Source: an uncultured bacterium
Lineage (GTDB): Bacteria > Verrucomicrobiota > Verrucomicrobiia > Verrucomicrobiales > DEV007
DNA: 64,000 nt
Assembly: GCA_963977015.1 (NCBI GenBank)
Contig: CAXBMO010000020.1
Coordinates: 32,001-96,000, forward strand
Direction of reading: 5' to 3'
Shown: piece by piece, positions 29,550-37,816 of the stretch
How positions within the stretch are numbered: the first letter of the stretch is position 1
Layout: each line of letters begins with the position of its first letter
Made by a program: the position numbers and the translations under genes
The notes under the pieces: model-generated
Databases searched by the model: none
Seen by the model: the letters and a program-made list of their open reading frames with translations, nothing else
What the model was told of the DNA's origin: nothing

Positions 29550-30842
29550 ATGACACCATCCACCCTTGCCCAGAGCATCGCTCTTTCCATCCTGATGGTT
29601 TGTCTGTCGAGTTGCGCCCAACTCTACAAAATCACCCAACCCCACACGCAGAAGGATCATCCCCTCTCGGAATTGGGGCTTCGCAAGGTCATTGCTGGTC
29701 CCAATGATCGCGGCAGAATCGAAGGAAGCGAATTCAACCTGCAAGCGCCCAATCCTCTCGATAAAGGACGCCCGACTTACCTGATTCTCCAAATCGACGG
29801 CGGCGGAATCATGGGCATCACCCCGGCCAAACTCATCGCGAAGATCGAGGGCGAACTCCAGAAACGTGGCGGTTTCGGTCAAGGCAAGCTGCGCGACGTC
29901 ACGTCCGTCTGCAGCGGAACCAGCACCGGCGCCATCATTGCCGGAGCGATCACCGCCGGCGTTCCCGGAGAGAAGATCAGCCAGTTTTACTACGAAGACG
30001 GCTATCAACTCTTTCGCAAGGAAGGCCGCCAACCTCTCTACCCGGCTCTGCATTACAAATTCGACCGCCGGGCATTCCAGGCCAAGATGCTGGAAACTCT
30101 GGAGGCCTACTCCGACTACCCGCCAACCGTCCGCATGCAGGAACTGCAGAACGGCCCGCTCGTGATTCTCGCCGCCTATGATCTCGTTCAGAAACAAACC
30201 ATTTTTCTCCGCAATCGCGGTCAATTGGGCGCCCCGATTCCTCCCGGCCAGGACCTTCAATTGATCGACGCGATCAGTGCTTCGGCGCTCAATGCTCCGG
30301 TCATGTTTGGCAAGCTCGGCGCTCCGGACGTCGTCACCCCGCATCTCAATGCGGACGGAACCGGTTACCACGTCAAAGGCGCGATCTTTGCCGATGGTGG
30401 TCAGGGGACGCAAAACAGCACGATTGGTCTGGCGGCGATCGAGGGACTCGAAATCCTCAAGGCGCATCCCGGCTCCCAGGTCGTCGTCATCTCCCTCGGC
30501 AGCGGCAACAACTTCGAAGAACGCGATTTCAACCAAACGATGCAACTCTGGGGATTCCAGCAGTTAACCGACTACCTCCTTCGCAATCAGGCGCGGAACG
30601 AAGCGGTTCAATTGCAATGGATGGCCGTTCGCCACATGGCGGCGATCGTCGACGGGTTGGAGGTGTTTCGGTTTGATTGGAACCACACGAACACCAAAGA
30701 CGCCACCTCCTTCTCCGTCACACCGAAGCAGCGCGACTGGCTCAGCGCAAAAGCCGACGAGATCGCGGAACGTCCCGACTTTCGTCAGCTGATGGACGAT
30801 CTCAGCGACGACCGGCTTGTCCTGAAACAGCATCGCTCGTGA
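29550..30842 (+). CDS. Patatin-like phospholipase, lipoprotein
   Basis: Lipobox LSSC; DGGGIMG; GTSTG; DGG; ISLGSG. Confidence 0.9.
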   Translation: MTPSTLAQSIALSILMVCLSSCAQLYKITQPHTQKDHPLSELGLRKVIAGPNDRGRIEGSEFNLQAPNPLDKGRPTYLILQIDGGGIMGITPAKLIAKIEGELQKRGGFGQGKLRDVTSVCSGTSTGAIIAGAITAGVPGEKISQFYYEDGYQLFRKEGRQPLYPALHYKFDRRAFQAKMLETLEAYSDYPPTVRMQELQNGPLVILAAYDLVQKQTIFLRNRGQLGAPIPPGQDLQLIDAISASALNAPVMFGKLGAPDVVTPHLNADGTGYHVKGAIFADGGQGTQNSTIGLAAIEGLEILKAHPGSQVVVISLGSGNNFEERDFNQTMQLWGFQQLTDYLLRNQARNEAVQLQWMAVRHMAAIVDGLEVFRFDWNHTNTKDATSFSVTPKQRDWLSAKADEIAERPDFRQLMDDLSDDRLVLKQHRS

Positions 30843-31254
30843 TCGCTTCGCGGAAAATCCTCCGGAAGTAATCTTCCAGCTTTTGGGCAAAAAATTCCGG
30901 GTCGGAACCAAACACCTCAACCCGGTAAATCGTGCCTGGCTCCTCGAGCTTGGAAAAATACCGATGGCTCAACGAACGGCCGAACTCCAACCACGGTTCC
31001 GCCAATTCGCAGCCTTGCGGCAACAACTCGCACTCGGACAGAGGCAAAACCGGCCGCCATTCGCCCTTCTGCGCCTCCATTCCGTCTGATTGCAGGTAAA
31101 ACGACCGCAGCGAGCGCGGAAGCCGAACCTCGTTGCGAGATTCCCAATCGGACAATGGCTCCTCAGCAAGCGAAGCGAAGAACGTGACGTCCATTTTGGC
31201 CACTTTCGCCGGGGGCAACTCGGTCAATTCAATGAGGAAAGGCTTCCAGTTCAT
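30802..31254 (-). CDS. SMI1/KNR4 (SUKH) family protein
   Basis: WESRNEVRLPRSLRSFYLQSDG pattern. Confidence 0.75.
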   Translation of the reverse strand: MNWKPFLIELTELPPAKVAKMDVTFFASLAEEPLSDWESRNEVRLPRSLRSFYLQSDGMEAQKGEWRPVLPLSECELLPQGCELAEPWLEFGRSLSHRYFSKLEEPGTIYRVEVFGSDPEFFAQKLEDYFRRIFREAITSDAVSGQAGRR

Positions 31255-31358
31255 CGCGGCAAAAGGTAGTCACCCTATGAGTTTTGCAAACCCGCGGTCG
31301 AAATCGCCGCGTTTCCTGCTTTGCCTCGCCCAAAACCTGGCGAAAGTCTCGACCACTC

Positions 31359-32699
31359 GTGACCCAAACCGACCTCCAACAGCTTTTCGCCGAAATCAAC
31401 CTGACCCCGAGCCGCAAACTCGGCCAGAATTTCCTGATCGACCAGAACGTGTCCGCCTGGATTGCGCGTCAACTGGAGGTCGAGAAGGACGATACCGTGG
31501 TTGAGGTCGGTCCCGGGGCGGGCTCCTTGACGCGAGAGATTCTCGAACGCACCGAGAATCTGGTTCTGGTGGAGATGGATGGGCGGCTCGCCCGGTTTTT
31601 GACTCACCACCTGCGCGAACGTCCCAAGGTCGAAATTCACAATGCCGACGCCTGCCAATTTGATGCTCGAACCCTTTTCCCTCGCCAACCCGTCAAGCTG
31701 ATCGGCAACCTCCCCTACTCCGCCGGCGGCGCCATCGTCAAGAATTTCCTCGGCGCCCATTCGCCCGTCACCGAAGCGGTGCTGATGTTGCAACGCGAAG
31801 TCGCGGAACGGATTTGCGCGAAACCGCGAACCAAGGACTTCGGCGTGCTGACCCTGCGCGTTCAAGCGCGTTGGGTGCCCAAAATCCTCAAGCACATCGG
31901 CCCGGAATGCTTCTTCCCGCGTCCCCAGATTGATTCCACCGTGATGCGGATGACGCCGCGCTCTCCCGGAGATCTTCCGGTCTACGACCAGCGGCTGTTC
32001 GACTCGACCATTCGTCGCGGGTTTTCCCAGCGTCGGAAGCAACTTCGCAAATGTCTCAATCTCGAGTCCGACAAGTGGAAGGAAATCGTCGAGAAACTGG
32101 AGCTCAACGAAACCGCCCGCGCCGAAGAATTGAGCTTGGAGCAATGGATCGACCTGACCAACCTGCTCGACGAACATCCGCTCAAGGACAACCCGCAAAG
32201 TGGCGACGAACTCTTCGATGTCGTCGATGACAACAACCAGGTTACCGGTCAGGCACCACGGGCGCAGGTTCACGCGGAAGGCCTCAAGCATCGCGCGACC
32301 CACATCTTCCTCTTCAACCCGGCTGGCGAGATTTTTCTGCAAAAACGCAGCCGCCTCAAAGACGTCCATCCCGGAGCCTGGGATTCCAGCGCCGCCGGCC
32401 ACCTCGACGCGGGCGAAGACTACGAATCCGCCGCCGCCCGCGAAATCGTCGAAGAACTCGGCCTCGAAGCCGAATTGGATTTTGTCACCGAACTCCCACC
32501 CAGCGAAGCGAACGGCCAGGAATTCATCCACCTCTTCCGCGCCACCTCCAAAGCCAAGCCCAAGTGGCCGGCGAGCGAAATCGAGTTCGGCCAGTTTTTC
32601 CCAACTGAAGTCGTCGATGACTGGATCGCAGCCCGTCCCCAAGACTTTGCGGGCGGATTTTTGGAATGTTGGGCGGCGCTAAAAAGTGACTGCCCTTGA
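31359..32699 (+). CDS. rsmA: 16S rRNA m6,2A dimethyltransferase RsmA/KsgA fused to a C-terminal NUDIX hydrolase
   Basis: LGQNFL; EVGPGAG; GNLPY; MLQREVAER; FSQRRKQL; then NUDIX box GHLDAGEDYESAAAREIVEELGL. Confidence 0.95.
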   Translation: MTQTDLQQLFAEINLTPSRKLGQNFLIDQNVSAWIARQLEVEKDDTVVEVGPGAGSLTREILERTENLVLVEMDGRLARFLTHHLRERPKVEIHNADACQFDARTLFPRQPVKLIGNLPYSAGGAIVKNFLGAHSPVTEAVLMLQREVAERICAKPRTKDFGVLTLRVQARWVPKILKHIGPECFFPRPQIDSTVMRMTPRSPGDLPVYDQRLFDSTIRRGFSQRRKQLRKCLNLESDKWKEIVEKLELNETARAEELSLEQWIDLTNLLDEHPLKDNPQSGDELFDVVDDNNQVTGQAPRAQVHAEGLKHRATHIFLFNPAGEIFLQKRSRLKDVHPGAWDSSAAGHLDAGEDYESAAAREIVEELGLEAELDFVTELPPSEANGQEFIHLFRATSKAKPKWPASEIEFGQFFPTEVVDDWIAARPQDFAGGFLECWAALKSDCP

Positions 32700-32782
32700 T
32701 CGATCTGAGACCTCAAACACGATTGACGAATCAGGAAGGCTATCGAACAACCTTTATGCATTCGGTCGAATCTAAACCCCGG

Positions 32783-33084
32783 CTAAAGGGCTAACCATTG
32801 GCGAACGGCGTCCTCTAATTTGAAGAGAGTCTCTGCGTCAAGATCTGCCAGCTTTCGGTGCATTTTAGACCGTGGGACCGTGCCAATCGACTGTGGATCG
32901 AAACATCCCGGCTTAAAGTTACGCGCCTTGTGCTCGATTTCGAATCGAGTTCCCCAGACCGAAGTTGTCCGTGGAACATAGGTTACCAATGCCCGTTCGT
33001 GATCTTGGTATTCAACGCTAAGCCGCCGGCCTTACCTTCTGCGCCATCCCCAAATCCACCATCCAGATCTCCCCCCCGCTTCAT
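32783..33084 (-). pseudogene. MazF/PemK-family toxin with two frameshifts
   Basis: Reconstruction MKRG/EIWMVDLGMAQKVRPA/LSVEYQDHERALVTYVPRTTS...AVRQWLAL needs one shift in the G7 run (33071-33077) and another after RPA (~33025). Confidence 0.85.
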
Positions 33085-33088
33085 TCTA

Positions 33089-33262
33089 TCAATCTCCCAA
33101 CCACTGAGACTCGGAATCGTCTTCCTCGGCATCAAGAGCCGCAAACGTTTCTGCGGACGCGGCGATGGTGGCCTGATAACCATCGAGCCACCTCGCTAGC
33201 TTCTCGACTTCGTCTGAAGGCAGTTTCTCGATCGCGTCTTCAATCTCGACCAACGTACTCAT
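33089..33262 (-). CDS. Putative antitoxin, 57 aa, acidic
   Basis: MSTLVEIEDAIEKLPSDEVEKLARWLDGYQATIAASAETFAALDAEEDDSESQWLGD, ending 4 nt before the toxin ATG. Below the ORF-track cutoff. Confidence 0.75.
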   Translation of the reverse strand: MSTLVEIEDAIEKLPSDEVEKLARWLDGYQATIAASAETFAALDAEEDDSESQWLGD

Positions 33263-33267
33263 TCTTC

Positions 33268-33296
33268 AAACTAGGCGGACACCACACAACCGTCAA
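33268..33296 (-). promoter_or_regulatory. Putative sigma70 promoter TTGACG-N17-TAGTTT for the TA operon (leaderless)
   Basis: The -10 box lies 5 nt upstream of ATG 33262. Confidence 0.65.
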
Positions 33297-33305
33297 ATCT
33301 GTCGT

Positions 33306-33845
33306 CTAAAGCCCCGGCAACCCGTCCAAACTCTCCGCATTCCTCGTCCGCTGGTATTCGGCGACGCCTTCCTCCCCTTTTTTCTCCGCCCATTGCAACA
33401 ACGTGTCGCGATCTTCGACATACTCGTAGCGCGGCACGGCATAGCCACAGGAATCACTGATTCGCGTCACATCGATTTTGATGATGGAACGAATCCCAGC
33501 CATCTCCGGGAAGTGCGCCATCAGTTCATCGAAGCCTGGTTCACCCGGTGTTACCGCCTCCCCTTTCCCGTGAAAGCGCACAATGTTGGGCCCGCCTTTG
33601 AACGCGCAAAACATAATGACGATGCGCCCGTTCTCCTTGAGATGGGCCAGCGTCTCGATTCCACTTCCGGTCAGATCGAGGTAGGCCACCTGGTTGGGGC
33701 CGAGAATGCGAAAGGAATCCAACCCTTTCGGCGAACAGTTGATGAACCCATCTTCACTCAGCGGCGCGGTTGAAACGAAGAACATGTGTTGCTCGCCAAC
33801 CCACTTGGCCAGCTTCTCGTCGATGTGTTCGTGGACTTTTCCCAT
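33306..33845 (-). CDS. Pyridoxamine 5'-phosphate oxidase family FMN-binding protein
   Basis: FFVSTAP; NCSPKG; LDLTGSGIETLAHL; SCGYAVP. Alternative start at 33860. Confidence 0.9.
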   Translation of the reverse strand: MGKVHEHIDEKLAKWVGEQHMFFVSTAPLSEDGFINCSPKGLDSFRILGPNQVAYLDLTGSGIETLAHLKENGRIVIMFCAFKGGPNIVRFHGKGEAVTPGEPGFDELMAHFPEMAGIRSIIKIDVTRISDSCGYAVPRYEYVEDRDTLLQWAEKKGEEGVAEYQRTRNAESLDGLPGL

Positions 33846-34034
33846 AATTTTTTCGATCATCCTCCGCCGTCCTTCCCAAAAACCAAACCGGGGTTTTCTC
33901 TTTTTTCATTTTTGTTCTAAGTTCTATCCGGCAGGCGTGTCCCCTCTTTTGAACCCGTATGAGGACGACCCGCTGTGCTTCAGGCTCAACCCCAACTTGC
34001 AAACCGCTCTGCATCGCTCGTGAAACCCATCCCG

Positions 34035-34586
34035 ATGCCAAAAACCGACAGCCCCGATAAACCGAAGGGCGCGACGGAGCGGGAACTGGTTTCGCTCAGC
34101 GCCCTGTTCGCCAGCGAGGAATCTCCGCTCCTGCGTTATGCTTTTTCGCTCGTGGGAAGGCGTGCCGTCGCCGAGGACCTCGTCCAGGAAGTCTTTCTCC
34201 AGCTTCATCGCCATTGGAGCGAAGTCGAGAATCCCCGCGCCTGGCTTTATCGCAGCGTTCGCAACCGGTCCTACAACTACAACCGCGATCACAAAAAGGA
34301 GGTGTTGACCGATGAGACGGAGGACTCGTCGGATCCCCAATCGGCCAAAACCCCGGACGAAGAACTCAGCCGGATGGAAGCGGCCGGTTTTCTCCGCCAA
34401 TCCATGGCGGATCTGCCAGAGGGCGATCGCCAGCTCGTTCAGCTCAAGTACTTCGAGGATATGAAGTATGCCGAGATCGCCGAACAGACCGGCCTCAGCG
34501 TCAGCAACGTGGGTTATCGCCTGCATCACATCTTAAAGCAGCTCGCAGGCAAGCTGCGTCAACTTGGAATCGAGGGCACCTCATGA
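34035..34586 (+). CDS. ECF RNA polymerase sigma factor
   Basis: AEDLVQEVFLQL; RAWLYRSVRN; region 4 LKYFEDMKYAEIAEQTGLSVSNVGYRLH. Confidence 0.93.
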   Translation: MPKTDSPDKPKGATERELVSLSALFASEESPLLRYAFSLVGRRAVAEDLVQEVFLQLHRHWSEVENPRAWLYRSVRNRSYNYNRDHKKEVLTDETEDSSDPQSAKTPDEELSRMEAAGFLRQSMADLPEGDRQLVQLKYFEDMKYAEIAEQTGLSVSNVGYRLHHILKQLAGKLRQLGIEGTS

Positions 34587-37500
34587 AAGACGATCCGAAT
34601 CAGAATTTGGAACCGAATTTGGAAACCTGGATCGAGCCCGAACTGGAGGCGCGAATCGTCGCCCTCGTCTTGGGCGAAGCATCCGACTTCGAGCGCGAAG
34701 AACTGGAACGCCTCATCGCCGAGAAGCCTGAATTGGCGCTGTTTCGCGATCGCATTGCGTCCACCCACGAACTCTTGTCTGAGGTGGCCTCGGGAAAGGG
34801 TGAAGCCGCAGAGTGGAAACTTTCCGCCGAGCGGCGGAAAACCGTGTTGGACGTGGTCTCAACCACTCCCCCGATGAAGCAGCCGGATGCGCCGGTCGCG
34901 ATTTCGAAACAAAAGTCCGGAAAGCCATGGGTTCGCTGGGTTTCCTTGGCTGCCGCAGCCTGTTTTATCGGGCTTCTCACCTTGAGTGTGTTTTTGCCCA
35001 CCGGGCATCCAATCATGAAGCAGGCGAGGTCAATGGACGTCGCCACAAATGCGGAATCGATGCCGGAATTCGAAAGGGATTCTTCTTCCCTATCCCGCCA
35101 ACCGACCGACCTCGGCGCCACCTCTTCCAGCATTTACAGTTTCGCCGGTGAGGCTGAAAAATCGGCCATACAACTCGCGGAGAACGAACCTGCACCGATC
35201 GAGATGGCCAAAAACACCGTTCCGGCCCGATCCTCCCTCGAATCGCTTCGCCAAACCATGAGCGAAAGCGTGATCGTGGATGCATCGAGCCCCACTTCAG
35301 GCATTGCACAGGGAACTCGCTTGTTCGAGAAAAGCAGCCGTGACGGAATCCATTCTTCAGGGACCGTCGATGCATTTGGCTCCTCTGGAGAGGAAATCGA
35401 TGCCGTTGCCGACGGTTCGATCAACGTTGGGGGAAGGATTGCCGGGATCTCCAAGTCTGGAAGTAAAGCAAACGCTTCGAGCTCCGATCGAAATGCCGAT
35501 GACGAACTTCATGGCGGCGCTTCACTCTCCCTGGACTGGGACTCTGATGAAACCGTTGATGGCGCGTTCTTGAATGGCGCGAAGGCTGACCACTCTCGAA
35601 AACTTCTTCGCGACGAACGCAGCAGCCGGGAGATGCCCGCTCAAGATTCCTTTGCGGACCTTGGTCAATCCGATCTGAACAGCCTGGCTGCGAGGCCAAC
35701 AACACCGTCCTCACGCGTCGCCAAGCCTCGGCCAAGCGCCGCCCCCGCAGCACCCACCCCAGCTCCCAGGTTTGAGGAGGAGACAGAAGCGGACGTCGCA
35801 ATGCCGGCCCCAGTCACAGCTTCTCCAAAGCCAACGTTCGGATTCCGGGGCGGAAATGGTGGCGGCATTGGAGGAGGCGCCGCCCCTGACGAACCGTTTG
35901 CCGAAATGCCCGTCGCCCAAGGGGATCAAACTCTCGAAATGAAAAAAGACGGCGACCCCTTCGGGATGGTTCCCCAGGAGCCGCAACCACATGCCGTCGA
36001 GCGCCAGTCCCCGGATGGAGCCAGCGCGTTTCGCCGTCTCGCCGAACGAGACAACGCTCCCCAAAGTGAATCGAAACCGGCTCCGGGTCACGGCCAAGTC
36101 GCCAACTTTAAAGAACGTTCTCTCGGGCTGGGAAACGCGATCCCGGAACAACCCGGAAACGCCCAAGGCCCAGCCATTCAGAACCGCGGCTCCATCCGAG
36201 CACTGGGAAATGAATCAGGTGGACACATTGTCGTTGAGGAAAGGATGAAACGAGAATCCATCCTTAAGAAGCAAAGTCCCCCTGCCGCCAAGCAAGCAAA
36301 GGCCAAAAAAATGCCGCAACGGCAAAGCGACAAGTTGGCGATGGAAGGGATGGACCGCGCGAAAGACGAGTTCAGCCGCAAGGAGCCTTCCCTCGAAGAT
36401 ACGGAGACCGCGGATGGCAAGTCTCTCTCCCTCGACACGAATATCCCTTTGTCGATGATCAAACTTTCCGAAGCGAAAAGCCCGCCTCAAAAAGTCACTT
36501 TCCCGGAAGAAACTGCGGCCAAGAATCCGTTCTCCACCTTCTCCCTCCACGTCAGCGACGTCTCCTTCAAGCTCGCCCAGGAAGCTCTCGCAAAGGGCAC
36601 GTGGCCGGACCGGGAGCGGATCCGCGTCGAGGAATTCGTCAACGCGTTCGACTATGGCGACCCGATGCCAAGCCAGGCGGAGAAGGTGGCCGCAAACCAG
36701 GAACAGGCGATCCATCCCTTTCTTCAGCAACGCAATTTGCTTCGGATCGCGATGCGAACGGCCGCCGCGGGCCGGGCCGGACAAACGCCGCTTCGCCTCA
36801 CCATTCTGCTCGATAAGTCTGGGTCGATGGAACGTCCCGACCGTGTCGCGACGGTCGACCGCGCCTTCACCCAACTTGTCGGGCAACTGTTCCCGAGCGA
36901 TCAAGTGACGTTGCTGAGCTTCGCTCGCCAACCGCGACTCCTGGCTGATCAAGCGAGCGGCGCCGAGCTGACTCAGTTAGCCAATCTCGCAGAGCAAACC
37001 CCCACCGAAGGCGGGACGAACCTTGAGGCAGCGCTGCAACTGGCCTTCGAAAAAGCGGAACAACAGAAGCTGATCGGTGCTCAAAACCGGATTGTGCTCA
37101 TCACCGACGGAGCGGCCAATCTCGGCGACGCCGATCCGGCTCAGCTTTCCCGGATGATCGAAACCATTCGCGATCGTGGCATTGCCTTCGATGCGGCTGG
37201 CGTGGGTGCAGAAGGCTTGAACGACGAGATTCTGGAAGCGTTGACCCGCAAAGGTGACGGTCGCTACTATCTGCTGAGCCGCCCGGAAGACGCGGAGGAT
37301 GGCTTTGCCAAGCAGATCGCCGGAGCGCTGCGTCCCGCGGCGAAAAACGTCAAAATCCAGGTGGAGTTCAATCCCGAGCGCGTCGGACGCTACAAACTGA
37401 TCGGGTTCGAAAAGCATCGCCTGAAGAAGGAGGACTTCCGCAATGACAAAGTCGATGCCGCGGAAATGGCGGCCGAGGAAGCCGGGGTCGCCCTTTACCA

Positions 37501-37816
37501 GATTGAGCCGCTTCCCAATGGTTCCGGCGATATTGGCTCCGTCTCAATCCGATTCCGGGACATGGAATCCGGCAACATGATCGAACGCCGCTGGCCCATC
37601 CCCTACGAACCAACCGCCGCTCGCCTCGATCAGGCGACCTCATCCATGAAACTCGCGACCTGTGCCGCGCTCCTCGGCTCGAAACTCAAGGACGACGAGC
37701 TGGGACAAACCGTCGATCTGGGACAGTTGGCACGTTATGCCGGTTCTCTGCAGGGCGAACGCGCCGGTCAACTGCTCCAGATGATCCAGCAGGCGCGTGA
37801 TCTGACAAATGAATGA
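34583..37816 (+). CDS. Anti-sigma-like N-terminus, TM helix, disordered linker and YfbK-like vWA (vWF_A/vWA/DUF3520) protein
   Basis: STFSLHVSDVSF; RVEEFVNAFDY; MIDAS DKSGS, GGTN, ITDG; YKLIGFE; DFRNDKVDAAE. Confidence 0.88.
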   Translation: MKDDPNQNLEPNLETWIEPELEARIVALVLGEASDFEREELERLIAEKPELALFRDRIASTHELLSEVASGKGEAAEWKLSAERRKTVLDVVSTTPPMKQPDAPVAISKQKSGKPWVRWVSLAAAACFIGLLTLSVFLPTGHPIMKQARSMDVATNAESMPEFERDSSSLSRQPTDLGATSSSIYSFAGEAEKSAIQLAENEPAPIEMAKNTVPARSSLESLRQTMSESVIVDASSPTSGIAQGTRLFEKSSRDGIHSSGTVDAFGSSGEEIDAVADGSINVGGRIAGISKSGSKANASSSDRNADDELHGGASLSLDWDSDETVDGAFLNGAKADHSRKLLRDERSSREMPAQDSFADLGQSDLNSLAARPTTPSSRVAKPRPSAAPAAPTPAPRFEEETEADVAMPAPVTASPKPTFGFRGGNGGGIGGGAAPDEPFAEMPVAQGDQTLEMKKDGDPFGMVPQEPQPHAVERQSPDGASAFRRLAERDNAPQSESKPAPGHGQVANFKERSLGLGNAIPEQPGNAQGPAIQNRGSIRALGNESGGHIVVEERMKRESILKKQSPPAAKQAKAKKMPQRQSDKLAMEGMDRAKDEFSRKEPSLEDTETADGKSLSLDTNIPLSMIKLSEAKSPPQKVTFPEETAAKNPFSTFSLHVSDVSFKLAQEALAKGTWPDRERIRVEEFVNAFDYGDPMPSQAEKVAANQEQAIHPFLQQRNLLRIAMRTAAAGRAGQTPLRLTILLDKSGSMERPDRVATVDRAFTQLVGQLFPSDQVTLLSFARQPRLLADQASGAELTQLANLAEQTPTEGGTNLEAALQLAFEKAEQQKLIGAQNRIVLITDGAANLGDADPAQLSRMIETIRDRGIAFDAAGVGAEGLNDEILEALTRKGDGRYYLLSRPEDAEDGFAKQIAGALRPAAKNVKIQVEFNPERVGRYKLIGFEKHRLKKEDFRNDKVDAAEMAAEEAGVALYQIEPLPNGSGDIGSVSIRFRDMESGNMIERRWPIPYEPTAARLDQATSSMKLATCAALLGSKLKDDELGQTVDLGQLARYAGSLQGERAGQLLQMIQQARDLTNE

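Noticed and set aside
33071-33077. G7 tract as a phase-variation switch for the toxin
   Set aside because: A second, non-homopolymer indel downstream would still break the frame.
32983-33183. 66-aa minus-strand ORF from the track
   Set aside because: Out-of-frame read across the antitoxin gene and the frameshifted toxin.
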